Source: Podarcis filfolensis
Lineage: Eukaryota
NCBI GenBank assembly: GCA_964270895.1
Contig: OZ185444.1
Reading direction: 5' to 3' (one strand)
Length of the DNA stretch: 64,000 nt
Shown here: piece after piece, positions 1 to 13,065 of the stretch
How positions within the stretch are numbered: position 1 is the first letter of the stretch
How the letters are laid out: each line of letters starts with the position of its first letter
Program-made: the position numbers and the translations under genes
Notes under the pieces: model-generated
Databases searched by the model: none
What the model saw: the letters and a program-made list of their open reading frames with translations, nothing else
What the model was told of the DNA's origin: nothing

Positions 1-160
1 ATTTATCTACTTGCACTTGAGGGTGCTTTCGAACTGCTAGGTGGGCAGGAGCTGGGACCGAACGACGGGAGCTCACCCCGCCGCGGGTATTCGAACCGCC
101 GACCATACGATTGGCAAGCCCTAGGCACTGAGGTTTTACCCACAGCGCCACCTGCGTCCC
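1..160 (-). mobile_element. Sauria SINE, 5' part (tRNA-derived head), cut by window edge
   Basis: Reverse complement reads GGGACGCAGGTGGCGCTGTGGGTAAAACC...GGTTCGAATACCCGCGGCGGGGTGAGCTCCCGTCG...CTAGCAGTTCGAAAGCACCCTCAAGTGCAAGTAGATAAAT, matching the lacertid Sauria SINE consensus as I recall it; same family at 43168-43467. Confidence 0.9.
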
Positions 161-997
161 TCAAATACAGCTTAGTCTAGACTAATTAACTCCAGAATTC
201 TCTTGCTAAATGAATTGTTAGTAAAATGTACCTATTGTACAAAATGTGACAATATGCCTTGACCTGGCTGCAAAAGAACTGTCAAGCCTCTTGTGCCTCT
301 TTGTTAAATCTATTTTGATAAGCTCCTCTGCAAGCCAACATACAGTCTCTGACATTGTGAGGTGCTGTTATTCACCTGAAAAGTCCTGTTGGTAGTTGTG
401 GAAATATTTACCAGACGGTCTGTAGAATAATAAGTATAAATGTCAGTTTTCTAAATTGCTATGTGCTCATGGTTGTCTTTTCTTCTAATGACCCTGTTCC
501 ATGTTCTCCTTCCCATATACCTCTTCTCTTTCCCTTGTCCTTAATGCTACCATACCTGTATACATAAAATCAGATTACAGAAAGACTTTATGAAAAAGCA
601 AGCATTTTTATTTTTCTTAGCACACTTGGACATAATTTAGATGTCATATTCCTAATTTTGATTTTTGTCCGAGTAAGACAGAGTAAGTATGTGTATTTAT
701 TAAAGGACTTAGCTAAATTAAATTGGAGGTTGAGATCCTGCTTAATGTTGCTTCATAGAAGTCACTGTCAGATAAAAATTGAAGCAATAGGTGATTGATG
801 CCATTAATACCAATCTTAGAAAAAGAAAAGTGTATAAGCCATTAAACCACATTATTATTGAATTTTTTTAAATGAGCATTAAAAGCTCAACATACGTGTT
901 AGAAGAGGATGTATCCAAATTACTGAAGCAGCTTGCAGTTTTTGGGACAGTGGAAGGGAAAAAATATGATTAGGCATTACTGTCATGTAACTTGTAG

Positions 998-1186
<189 letters not shown>

Positions 1187-1505
1187 TAAAGAAACTAACC
1201 TCTCTTTACATTGTACTCCTCTGATTAATGAAGATACAAATTTTCCGGTCTGGTTTGCTGTATAGCATAAACATAATCCAGTTGCGTAGCTGGTATTTTT
1301 TATTAATTCAACTTGTGTCTGTTTTTATAATTGTAAATTGTTGCAACCTGCCCCAAGACCTTATTGTGAAGGGTAGGTAAGATAATCTTAACCATATATA
1401 AATGCACATTTTTGTACTGTTCTGCTACCACGGTAGATTCTCCTTTGCTTCTTCAATGTAAAACTTGGAATTAAGGGACAGTTTGGATTTGCAAAAATAC
1501 AAGTA

Positions 1506-1751
1506 CGGTGGTACCTCTGGATGTGAACGGGATCCGTTCCGGAGCCCCATTCACATCCTGAGCAGAACACAACCTGCGTCTGCGCGGGTCGTGATTCGCC
1601 GCTTCTGCACATGCGTGTGACGTCATTTTGAGCTTCTGCACATGTGCGAGCAGCGAAACCCGGAAGTAACCCATTCCGTTACCTCCAGGTTGCCACGGGA
1701 CGCAACCTGAAAAGATTTAACCCAAAGCGACCTTAACCCGAGGTATGACTG
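1506..1751. mobile_element. Tc1/mariner-pogo-type MITE
   Basis: TA|CGGTGGTACCTC at left and GAGGTATGACTG|TA at right (imperfect TIR, TA target duplication); TIR related to copies at 13555, 23359 and 43674 but with a different interior. Confidence 0.8.
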
Positions 1752-2017
1752 TACCATAATAATGAAATAGAAAGTTTCTGTGTGGTTTTCAAGCTGTGCA
1801 TATCTATGGGTTTTCTTTTAGCCCAAGAATGACGAACATGCGGCCCTCTGGATGTTTTTGGACTCAAAACCCCCATAATCCCCAGCCAGCATGATCAGTG
1901 TTCAGGGATGGTGGGAGTTGTGGTCTTCAGAAGTTGTTGCGCTAAAGGATGCCCACCCCTATTTTATGCCATGGGTTAAATCTGATTTTAAAATGTCTTG
2001 AATCTTGTCGTTGCCAG

Positions 2018-2120
2018 GCTTTTGGGTCACTGGGAGGAGTCTGCACATGACCTGGCATTAGCCTGTAAACTGGATTATGATGAAGATGCTAGTGCCATGC
2101 TGAAGGAAGTGCAGCCCAGA
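2018..2120 (+). CDS. ST13: ST13 coding exon: (R)[34 protein letters not shown]
   Basis: ttgccag acceptor, gtgagt donor, 103 bp, phase fits preceding exon. Confidence 0.97.
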
Positions 2121-3969
2121 GTGAGTGACAACAGGAATACATATTTATTTTCTTACATTTTCTATCCTGGCTTTCTTTTTTTGTGGACCTGAACACAGTG
2201 TATATGTGATTCCCCAGAGCTCCTTAGCTTAAACAGAGTGGTGGCCTCATGTGCCTTCAGGCTGTACCTTGGGACATCAATAATTTATTGCCTTGTTCAT
2301 GGTTTGTCTTCTGTGGTGTTAGGCAGATCTTATTTCAGAAATTGGTGTCTGTTGGAATTATGCATGGCCTCATAGTTCAAAACTAAGGATGCTGTGGTCC
2401 CATCCTCTAACTTCCAGACGATTGCTGGAAGTAGACAAGTTTGCCATGTGTCCACTGCATGTCTCTGAGTAAGCTCCTATAACATCTGAAGGGGAAATGT
2501 GTGTGTATGATATGGGCATGTGTTCCCAATATTTGTGGGAAAGGAACAGTGGGAAAACTGTAGATACATCTGCTGCATAAAATGTGGATCATCCGAGATC
2601 AGTGCATTGGCTAGAACGCAGTATTTTTTTACTGATTTGCATCATTGCCACATGGGAGTGCTGTCAGCTGTGATTACAAACAGTTAAAAAAATTCTTAAC
2701 TTCAGCTTTGTCTCTAGAGAATCACTCCTTGTTTTTGCAAGCTGGCCTATATATTCAAAGAATATTTTTGAATAATTATTTAACTGTACTGTTTCATCTG
2801 GTCTGGCATTCTGGAGATCATACGTGGAGACCTTTGGCCCTCCAGATCTTGAACTAAACTCCCATCTTCTTGACCATTGGCCATGCTTGCTAGGGGTGAA
2901 GGAAGTCTTAGTTCAGCAGTGTCCATAGGGCCAAATGTTTGCCCTTCCTACTGTAAGTTTAGGATTGACATTAGCAAAGGATAAATCTTAACCTTGTACA
3001 AAAGGAAGACCCATCAAGTAGGTCATAAATTTTGATATCTCATAATCATGTGTATAATTGAACATTTCTGAAGCTTTGATGTGAAAGCCTGGCTTCTGCT
3101 TCCTCTCCCTGCCACTGTGTATCTGGAGCTGCTCTCTCCACTGTATTATATCCCACAGATAGAATGAAAATTTGATTCAACAAGCCTAAGTCTTCCACAT
3201 ATTCTTTTTACTTCATTGACAGTTCCTAAAGAATGGCATACGTCTCCCCTTCTCCATGGCTTTTATGCATGAAAAGAAGAGAAGGCATTTCAGGAAATGC
3301 CTCTGCTCTGTCCATACTCATTGTTACAGTCTCCATGTCTATTGCTTTATTGTTTGCCACATGAAGAGGAGTGGGGATGTTTAGGAAATGCCTGTTGTTG
3401 CTAGGTGGCCAGGACCAACTCCTGTGAAGACGCCTTAGGGCAGTTCCCTCCTCCTACTCATTGAAACTGCAGCACACAGAATGATAATAAAAACATGAGC
3501 AACTAATTGAAACAGTATAATTTCACAAGACAGAGAACCAAGTAAGATAGGCTAGTCTCAGCCACAGGGATTGAAATTAGCAGGGTGCCAGGCGCATTTC
3601 ACGCCCAAAGATTCTCCATTTGCAAAAAGCTCAAAAGGTCTAGGTGCCATTTTTTGTGCCTGGCTGATACTCAAGGATTTCTGAAATGTATATGCTTTGA
3701 AGCCTCGAAATATATGTCAGGGATAGCCAAAATGTTAATAAGGAGTTTAACAGTAAAGAGTAGGGTGTGGTGTACCAATATTTTTGTTGTAAGCACCAAA
3801 TGAAACATGTATTAACAATTTCTGTTAAAATGTGATATTAACAATGTGTCACTTATGTGATTTGTGTATTAGTTCATGTGTATCAAAATAATAACTAAAG
3901 TGTGTTGCCAAAATTTGGCTCCTAGCTTTTCTATCCCAGTTTCTAGCACTGCTGAGCCAGGGCAGACTT

Positions 3970-4106
3970 AGAATCCTAGAATTGTAGAGTTAGAAGCACG
4001 AGGGTCATCTAGTCCAACCGCCTTCAATGCAGGACTCATTTGCCGAAAGTCAGGCTTGAACCCATGATCCTGAGATTAAGAGTCTCATTCTCTGCTGACT
4101 AGGCTA
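3970..4106 (-). mobile_element. tRNA-derived SINE with CR1-like 3' tail
   Basis: Reverse complement has a tRNA-like head (TAGCCTAGTCAGCAGAGAATGAGACTCTTAATCTCAGGATCATGGGTTCAAGCC) and tail GGTTGGACTAGATGACCCTC...CTCTACAATTCTAGGATTCT. Confidence 0.7.
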
Positions 4107-5160
4107 TAGTTGAGACTTGACCTAGTTGGGAGCCTACTACTGAAAGTCTCTTTAAAGTTTTTGATAAAAGATGCAGAAAGGCGTCCTTTATAATATCTGG
4201 AGAAGCATCTGGAAGCTGAAACCTATGAAAAATAGTGTAATGGCTTCTTTAAGTAGCAGTGTTATGGATACTAGGAGCTTTTGCTGCCAAATACTGATGG
4301 CATGTTTTTTTCAATACATCATGTTTTGAGAAGCCTAGTTGATACCACTGACCCAAAATGTGATATCCCTAGAGCCTAAAGTTTTGTGTGCCAAGTGTGT
4401 AGTATACTCCCTGGTATTTTACATTTTGAACATTGGTTTTAGCATTTCTGGCTTCTAAATATGCTATGTTGTCTAGATCAAGGGTAGCAAATTTGCAGGC
4501 TAGCCTTGGCCTGCCAAGCCATTTCTGGTGACCTACCACCCCTTGGGAAAATTGACTTATCTCCTCCATCCACAGGAGTGCCTGTTCACACCAGTTAACA
4601 TGGTTCTATTGCTAAGGGGTCAAGCACTGCAGAAAGAGGAAGGTTGGTCAATTCTTTCCACCACAATGCTGGGTTAGGAGAGGATCCTAACCCAATGTGG
4701 CCCTGAGGCTGAAAAATGTTAAGACACTCCATTATTGATTAAGACTTTTTAAGTGGCAGTCTTCATCCTTTAGCTTGGCTTGGCCAGAACACTATAAGCA
4801 ATCCTCTCAAAATATTTTTACACATGAGTTGTAGTATAAACTCCTAGATAGGTTTCCAGACTTTTAAAGCCTGGATAATTGTTTTCACTATGTTCACTCA
4901 TACCATCAGCAGCTTCAGGCTGCAAGTTTTGCCCTATTGTGAAATACTGACTTCATATCCTGTGGGACCCAGCAACATATTGAATCTTAAGTTGCCTGTT
5001 GAAGAGAAGGTATGTGTCTTAAATATCTAATTTTCAGTACTAGAAAAGAATTGGCAGAGTACCAAAACAATTAAAACTAGTTGAGGTAGGTAAAGTGCTA
5101 AGATGGTATTTTAAAGATGCTCTGGATTCATATGACCAATACCCACCCTCTGTGCTTCAG

Positions 5161-5277
5161 GCTCAGAAGATTGCGGAACACAGAAGAAAATATGAACGAA
5201 AGCGTGAAGAAAAAGAAATCAGGGAAAGGATGGAAAGAGTAAAGAAAGCTCGAGAGGAACATGAGAGAGCTCAAAGG
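5161..5277 (+). CDS. ST13: ST13 coding exon (charged coiled-coil): [39 protein letters not shown]
   Basis: cttcag acceptor, gtgaga donor, 117 bp, phase 0/0. Confidence 0.97.
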
Positions 5278-5469
5278 GTGAGAGCTTAATAAAGCATGTA
5301 CAACAGGAAAATAACCCAGCATAACTCTATCCAAAAAATGTGCATGGGAATAGGCTAAAAAAGGGGCACTTCTACAGTTTCAAATGCTAACCTATATTTT
5401 AGAATGTCTGTCTTTAACTGAGTCTGTATTTAGTTGCAGAGAACTTCAAAATGATAACTATTTTTTGTA

Positions 5470-7806
5470 CAGGTAACTCACATCTTACACTTATTATACG
5501 TACTTAACATGATCACTGCTTTATGCACATCACCAATTTTCTTTTTAATTATTTTTTTTAAATACCATGAAAATGTGATGCACGGGGTGGAAAGGGGTGG
5601 CTGAGCAGGAAGAAACTGCAAAAGATCCCGGTAGTCTTTGTGAAAGTGTTTGAGTGTGGTTGAAGAGTCTGCAGAGTGTGAAGAGAAGGCAGAGGAGGTA
5701 GCAGAGAGTTAGAGTGGCTGATTGGTGGAGACCAAAGAGACTTGTGGAGAAGTTTGGAGAGACATTGGGGGAGGTTGGAGTGTGGAAGAAGCAGTTGGAG
5801 AGGGAGATTGAAGGAGGTTGGAGAGACATCACAGGAGTTTGGAAGAGGTGGTTGGAAGAGGTCTGAAGGACTTGTGGAGGGGCTTGAGGAGACTTGGAGG
5901 ATTGTGGATGAGGTGGTTAGAGCTGCAGAATGGCCGCAAAACACAAGGCATCCTCATTATCATCAGCTGCTGAGAAACGAAAGAATAAGTGAAGGATGGT
6001 TCCCACACTGGAAAAGCAGTTGGCTGTGCTGAGCTGCTTGAGAGCTGGCATGTCTGTGTGTGCTGTGGCACGCAAATATGGCCGGAATGAGTACAGCATC
6101 TGTGCCATCAAGGTGCATGAAAATGAGGTCCATGGAGGAGTGGCAGTAAGTGCATCCCTGGCTGCAAAGGTGACCAGCCAAGTGCAAGACATGGCTTTGG
6201 TGAAGACAAAGAAGGCACTGAACTTGTGGCTGGAAGACAAGAACCAGAAACATGTTGCTATGGATGGCAGCTTCTCGTGCCACAAATCTCTCAGCCTCTG
6301 TGGCCACAGTAAACTTTCCACTACAGTTGGGAATCAGCAAGGAATTTAAAGCCAGCTCAGGTTGCCTTAAGAGCTTTAAGATCTGTTTCAACCTGAAGAA
6401 TGTCCAGGCAATAAGGCAGGCTTCATCTGCAGACAAAGAGACTGAAAACATACCCTGCACAATCAAAGTAGCTGCTGGACAAGTCCTGTCTTCCAGAGCA
6501 AGTCTTCACTTTAGACAAGACAGGACTTCTCTGGAAGAAAATACCTGAGCAGACTTGCATTGCCAAAGCTGAAAAGCAAACCCCTGGCTTCAAAGCTGGA
6601 AAGGATAGAGTAGCTGTGCTGCTCTGTAGCTATGCAGCTGGACACTTAATAAAGCCATGCTTGCTGTACAGGTCTCAAAACCCCTGTGCAAAAGGCAAGG
6701 AGAAGAATCTACTTCCTGTATTTTGGTAATTTTGGTATTTTGGTAATCCAATGAAAAGGCCTGGGTGACATCATCATTTCTAGACTGCCTCCATAACTGC
6801 TTCTTTCCAGAGGTGAGACAGTTCCTCAGAGAGAAACAACTGTGGTTTAAAGTGATAATGCTTATGGACAATGCTGGGCATTGAAGGACTCTGCTTCACA
6901 CACAGCAAGGTAGCCCCGCCCCGCCCCCCGCATAGGACATCCCTCATCTAGCCTCTGCATCAAGGTGTGATCCACTGCTCCAAGACTACTCACACGAAGC
7001 TCATCACCTGGATTATCAATGCAATGGATGCTGATCCAGCTCTTGACTCCACGGTATGCTGGATGTCCTTCAGCGTTACCCATTGCGTCACCCATTGTGG
7101 ATGCAGTCAAGCCTGAAACAGTGAATGCATGCTGGTGGAACTTGTGGAAGGAATGTGTGCATGATTTCAAGAGATTTTCAAGCACGGTCACTGAGGTGGA
7201 GGGCATTGTGCAGATGGCTAGGCAAGTAGGTGGTGATGGCTTTGTTGGCCTCATCCAGGAAGAAGTAGAAGAACTAATTGAGGGCCAACAGGTATTGACT
7301 GCTGAATAGCTAGAGAGAAACTGGTCAGATCAAGTTTAGAATGTGAGGATGAGGATGGAGAGCAAGTTGGAACCTGCAGAAATTTTCTCAACTCTTCCAA
7401 GTCATAAAGCACACAAATGATCTGATTGCGGAGTTTGATCCCCTCATGGAACTCAGCCTCAAGATCATCTGTGGGATTACAGACATTGAGACCATGCAAG
7501 GAAATGTTTGATGCATTCAAGAGACAATAGTGGCAATTGTGCTCATGCAATCCACCCCTAGATCTGAACCGCAGCCAAGCACTTCTTCTGGCTATCTGGC
7601 AACCCCCCATGTCCTCATATCATCCCCTAAAGCATCATTTAGCAAGGAAGAGGAGGAGGAAGACTAAGAGCCTTATTTGTCACCCACTGATGAGTGCAGT
7701 GATTTATTTATTTTTACAGTTTTCTAGGGGTCGTTATGGCTTTGCGCTGCTTATATGTGCAATGGCCAAGAACATAACCCCTGCTGCGTAAGATGCGAGT
7801 TACCTG
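5470..7806 (+). mobile_element. Full-length decayed Tigger/pogo-family DNA transposon (CENP-B-type HTH + DDE transposase relic)
   Basis: TA|CAGGTAACTCACATCTTACAC ... GCGTAAGATGCGAGTTACCTG|TA (21-bp TIR, 19/21 match, TA duplication). Frameshifted pieces give KALNLWLED, FKASSGCL, LDKTGLLWKK (6511), PGFKAGKDR, KAWVT, MDNAGH (6864), I*PLHQGVI, ACWWNLWKECVHDF. Confidence 0.92.
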
Positions 7807-8080
7807 TAGTTTGAAGCCCAGTGCTATAAACACTGAGGGAGCAGCAACAAACTTGAGCATTAAAATAAATATCACAACTATTTTCTTTTCAAAACTCACT
7901 CTTCCAGGGGCCTAGAAATTCAGTATTATCCTGGAGTGAAGCAGTAGTGCAGAACCTAAGAGCATGTAGGGTCTATATAGTAGGCTTTGGATCCAGTTGT
8001 AATAGCCTTCTCAGCTTTCTATATCTAAGCTTGATTAGTTGGAGAGCATGTGAAGTTTTCTCATGATTTATTGATTGCAG

Positions 8081-8144
8081 GAGGAAGAGGCTCGACGACA
8101 AACGGGAGGACCTCCGTTTAGTGGCTTCCCAGGTGGTTTCCCAG
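8081..8144 (+). CDS. ST13: ST13 coding exon: EEEARRQTGGPPFSGFPGGFP(G)
   Basis: ttgcag acceptor, gtatgt donor, 64 bp; with next exon (125 bp) restores frame. Confidence 0.93.
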
Positions 8145-10117
8145 GTATGTGTTCATTTCAAAGCATGAATAGCAACAGAGAGATGGTAACTTAATGGATC
8201 TGGGTCATAGCATTTTGTTTAACTTGCTACTGGGGCAAAAGAAAAGTTTTACTTATGTAAGTTTGGTTTTTCTAAGCAAGAGGGAAAGTTGTTTGGCTGT
8301 TGGAAGGGAATATCTGTATGTGAAGGGAACACATAACTACTCATAGGAACAAACACTCACTGTAGTGGCCTAGGAGACCATGAAAGTGACTTGGGGGCTG
8401 GAAAAGAGGGAGATGTTAGAGCCTCACCCATATCATCCTGCCTCCACACACTCTCACTCCTTTGCAACCAAAGAGAAAGCCTTTCTGGACATGGCATTCC
8501 ATCTTTAAGCACATGGCAGCCATCTGTAGGCACATCCCCAGAAAGGCTCACCTCACTGCTTTTAGGGACCAGAGAACCTCTTTTTATTCTTTTTGTATTT
8601 TAGGCATTTTACGGTCTTAACTGCTTGCTGTGTTTAAACTGCGGGTTGTTTTTTATGTGGTTGATTGTTTCTTAATCCTTTAATTTTATGAACCGCCCTG
8701 GAACCAAATCTAATGAAGGGTGGTAGATAAACAAACTTGCTAATAGCAAATCTTAGAAATCATGTACACTGCAGAATTGCTTGCCCATACAGCCTCCTCT
8801 CTTGTGTTTTGCTTTATTGGTAAGATCGTATAGAGTATATACAACTTGCTGTGCTGCAGTAATCCTTCACATACAATTTGCTAAAGAGGCCATGATAATA
8901 CATTCCTCTGTTTATGATAAGACAAAGCCTTGAGGTAGCATAACTATTTCACAGGTAACCTCCAGCTGAAAGCAACCATATTTGGACCCGGAAGATTAAG
9001 TGGGTATAGGAGTGGGTATTGGAACACAGGATAAAGTCTTGACCTTTGTTCAAGAAAAGTTTTAGTTCCCTTGCTCTCCTAGCTATAGGAGGCTTCCAAA
9101 GAACGGTAATATGTAAGGATGTAACACACATGTGAAAGCAGGGTATGCTTTGCTGCAGGGTTTGTACCCACAGGTGCCATGGAGCCCCCAAAGGCCTTCA
9201 TTGGCACCTGCAGGCATCATGCTGCCTGTGAGAGCTGGGTTGGTTTCCCTTGATATTGGGGCGGGGGGGGGGGAGGCGGGCTGTAGCGGATTTTTAATGG
9301 CAGAGCAGTTGCTTCAGCTGGAAAGGCTGCTTCCTTGCATTCTGGTTGGTTTGGCAGGATGTTTGAGCGGCGGGTTAGGAAGTGGCAGGGATGGCCCATC
9401 CTGTTTGCTTGTTGCCCACCAGCTATGTGGAACTGGCAGCAGGCACTTGTTGCTTGTTCACCCCATGTAGGGGCTCCATCTGTGTGTGTGATTAAGATGC
9501 ACTTTGGAGATGGAGAAGAGGTATGTGTGACAGAGAAGGAAGCAGAGGTATGTATGTGGTGCAGTCTGTAAGGGTGGGAGGGCAGGAAGTACGAATGTGT
9601 GGTCTCAGAAAGAAGAATGGGTGCACTTGGACAGAGAGGGAGGGAGAGAGAGAGAGTTGTGTTTGAGTGGGAGTACGTGGCATATGTGTGTATGAGAGAG
9701 ATTTATGTGTATATGTGGTCTATTTGGGTGCTCTGTGCATGCACATGCATAAAAGTGTGTGTGTGACCACTTTGTATATTTTTCCTTGAACTGCGGATTG
9801 CTCCCCATTACTAGACAGCAACATCACTGGTTTGTGCATGGGTATTCAGTACAGTGTGCAATCAGATCTAGCAGGACATAGCTGACTTCCCATGGTAAGC
9901 ATGAGATTGTCCAGGGGGTTGGGGAGAAAGCAGCAATGACTGTACTCACTCTAATTTTTTTGTTATGCCACACCCCTCATGACAACCATTTTGCATTATG
10001 CCACACACCCTATGGTAGCCATTTTGTGACTAGCATCCATAACACTTTCTCAAAATGTGCCCTCTGGTCCAGAAAGATTGTTGATCCCTGCTCCAAGTCT
10101 ATGCTTTACATTTTCAG

Positions 10118-10242
10118 GTAATTTTCCTGGTGGCATGCCTGGCGGTATGCCTGGCGGTATGCCTGGTGGCATGCCTGGAATGGGGGGCATGCCTGGTCTC
10201 AATGAAATTCTCAGTGACCCTGAAGTTCTTGCAGCCATGCAG
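10118..10242 (+). CDS. ST13: ST13 coding exon with GGMP repeats: (G)[41 protein letters not shown]
   Basis: ttttcag acceptor, gtgaga donor; GGMP repeat and start of the STI1/DP domain typical of Hip. Confidence 0.96.
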
Positions 10243-10505
10243 GTGAGAACATAGAACAAGTAAAATAATGATGATTGAGAGATTTATGGAGCCCTGATTC
10301 TTCATATGAGTTGTGCTTGTTCTCTAAGGACCTTCCCCCAAATAGTTGATTATTCCAACATTCATTTATTTTCAGTCATTTTTATTCTGCTTTGAAACTG
10401 CCCTCAGGGTAACATGTGGCCTTTGTAACAAATGACACCTCTTAACAAGAGGAATCTTAACTGCAAGAAATACCACTTGATGTGGCTAAACAGCCTATGA
10501 ATACA

Positions 10506-10620
10506 ATTTTTATATAATTGTTTTTATATATTTTATATTAATTTTTATATAATTGTTTTTATATATTTTTATACTAATTTTATATATTTTTTAAAACAAT
10601 TATATATAATTATATAATTG
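10506..10620. repeat. AT-rich low-complexity tract with an imperfect ~36-bp duplicated unit
   Basis: tttttatataattgtttttatatattttatattaa-like unit repeated 2-3 times. Confidence 0.7.
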
Positions 10621-10897
10621 TTCTCAAGGCCGATGGGGGTCTTGTCATCTGGACAGCCCAGGACCTCCATATATACTTGCCGAGGTTTGCATCCCAGTGA
10701 GGTCACTTCAGTGCTGCTAACACAGAGGTTTGACTTCAGCCCCAGAGATGCAGTCCATTGTCTCTCAAGACAGATGGATGCCAACAACAACTAGCATATA
10801 GTTGATTTTATATTGTATTGTGGCCTTAACATGAATATGAAAGCCCACTTAATTTCATACAACAGTACAAGCCATTTCCCCCCTTTTTGTTTTACAG

Positions 10898-11026
10898 GAT
10901 CCAGAAGTCATGGCAGCTTTCCAGGATGTTGCACAGAACCCAGCAAACATGTCAAAGTACCAGAATAACCCCAAAGTCATGAATCTCATTGGCAAACTAT
11001 CAGCCAAATTTGGAAATCAACCCTAA
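10898..11026 (+). CDS. ST13: ST13 last coding exon: [42 protein letters not shown]
   Basis: tttacag acceptor, TAA at 11024-11026; matches Hip C-terminal STI1 domain. Confidence 0.97.
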   Translation, partial: DPEVMAAFQDVAQNPANMSKYQNNPKVMNLIGKLSAKFGNQP

Positions 11027-12362
11027 AATCCCCTTCCATTGCAAGAGGTGGGGGATGTTGCAATAACACAAACCATTGTACCTATAATTCTCAGAAGAGA
11101 ATTAGGGTGCTCTGGATAGAATCCCTTTTCCTCCTCCCTCCGTGCTTCAGAAATGGCAGTCACTTTGATTGTATTCAGGTTTTATTTCAAAAAAATACAT
11201 TTCCCCCTCTCAGCACCTTTGCCCAGGAGTTTGTCTTACTCAACAGTAGTGCAGTTTCTTTTAAATTTTTATTAATTGTAATCTTCCAGTAGATTGTACC
11301 AAAATGTGTTGGGTGGGGGGGCTATTTTCAGAGGGGCGTGTTTTGTTTTAGTTTTTTTTTTTTTTAAAAAAGTAATAGTGTTGGGTTTCTGCTTCCCAGT
11401 AACTGAACTTCTTTGTGAGAGCTTATAACAATTCTTAAGTTCTAACATAAGTGAGGATCAGTATTTTTTATTTTAACTGGAAGAAATAATACACAATTAA
11501 TATTCTTTTTTATATATTCACAAGGGTGACTTAAATAGTTGCAATCAGATTCTTCACAGATCAGATCCCTGCAGCAGTGGGTTAGGCTTTTAATATGTTG
11601 ATACAAATGCTGTTGAGGCTGGACTACTTATACAATCAATGTTGAGCCAATTAACTTGTTAATTGTCTCTGTCAAGTTGTGTAGGGGGCAAATGTTTTTA
11701 TTAACATTAGTCAGCTGAATAACTTCAAAAGGTAGGAGCATTTCTGTAACTATTGAACATTATTCTTGGTTTAATTTCCTAATATTGTAGGAGGAAAACA
11801 AATTGGTTGTATTCATTCTTTAAATAATTCAGAATGAATATATACAGCATAGATCTTAAGATTGTTGAAGTTCTGGATTCTCATTTCATGGAAGCTCTAA
11901 TGAACTTACATATCTTTTGCCAGAACCTTACATATCTTTTGCAGCTGAGTACTTCCCTATTTCCATATATCCTAGTTAGAGTATCAAATACTGATTTTTA
12001 TAGGGCAGGGGGTTGTTTGTCATACTATCACATTGATACTTGTGGAGCTTGAGTTGAAAGGAAGAGAAGGAAGATCTTTGTTGGAATGGCAAATCTTCAG
12101 TATAATTACAGCATGTGTATTCATTGGACACTTTGCTGAAATGTTCATTGATAACTAATACAATTAAATCTGTTATTTTCTCTCTACTAAAATTTTGATT
12201 CCCGCTCTTAATGTTGGAAACCTTGTTATAATTACGTCTTGGTCTCTTCTAGGGCTTTTGAATGTTTCCTGTTCTGTGCTCTTGTAATTTTGTCTGAACC
12301 CATAAGTGATGTATGCTTTCTGTTTGTTTAAATCTGAACAGATTTAGGAACTCACTTCAAAA

Positions 12363-12487
12363 AATAAACTCCAGAAAGTTTTTTTTCTTCATACAATAAT
12401 AATCTCATTGAATGAAAAAAAAATGAATCCATTTTTGCTTAAGAATTAGTTCTGAAAATACTTCTAGTTGCCTTTAAAAACAATAAA
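12363..12487 (+). terminator. Candidate ST13 polyadenylation signals (AATAAA at 12363 and 12482)
   Basis: Two canonical hexamers about 1.35-1.45 kb after the stop; U/GU-rich sequence follows the second. Actual cleavage site not determinable. Confidence 0.5.
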
Positions 12488-12781
12488 GACTGGTTTTGAA
12501 TAATCTTTTTTGTTAATTATTGCATAAGTGGTGCTTATATATGCCTTAAAACAAATTCATGGGGAGCTATTCCAGGTTTTAAGTTGGAGGGGTTATTACC
12601 CCTCTATTATTGTCCATGCTGGGTTGCTCAACCATTGCTACTGTGTCTTTTCTTTTAGCAGATCAAGATGATCAGGTGACAGGAAAAACTGCAGTGTTTT
12701 TAGCGGAGGCAATTAGAATAAGATGTATACCCCCCCCCAAAATGTATTTTCTATAGTTAAGTTTTTACCTCTATCTTCAGT

Positions 12782-13065
12782 TGTAGTAGTAGTAGTAGTA
12801 GTAGTAATAATAATAATAATCCTTAATTGTCATACACTACCAGCGTGCAGTGAAATTAAACGAGCCCCCCCCCCCATACACTCAGTCTTGTTCACGCTCT
12901 GTGTGCTTGTCAGAAGTCAATTACACCACTATTTTTTTCCATGCAGCAGCCCAACAGCCCACGGATAAAAGCTGTTCTTTAACCTGTTGGTGCTGCTGAC
13001 TATACTTCTGTATCTCCTGCCCGAAGGTAGGAGATTAAAGAAGTGCTGGCCAGGGCTTGAGTCAT
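12782..13065 (-). mobile_element. Rex1/Babar-clade LINE 3' end with (TAT/TAC)n tail
   Basis: Minus strand translates PGQHFFNLLPSGRRYRSIVSSTNRLKNSFYPWAVGLL, the Rex1 ORF C-terminus as I recall it, followed by a trinucleotide tail (12782-12818). Confidence 0.8.

Noticed and set aside
5545-6466. Several overlapping 80-167 aa ORFs on both strands
   Set aside because: They arise from the purine-rich 5' region and broken transposase of the Tigger element; not host genes
9050-10090. Possible hAT-like non-autonomous element ending just before the ST13 GGMP exon
   Set aside because: A CAGGG-type right end is visible but I could not define a matching left end or target duplication
10050-10305. Minus-strand ORFs with GMPP or HATR repeats
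   Set aside because: Antisense readings of the ST13 GGMP repeat exon
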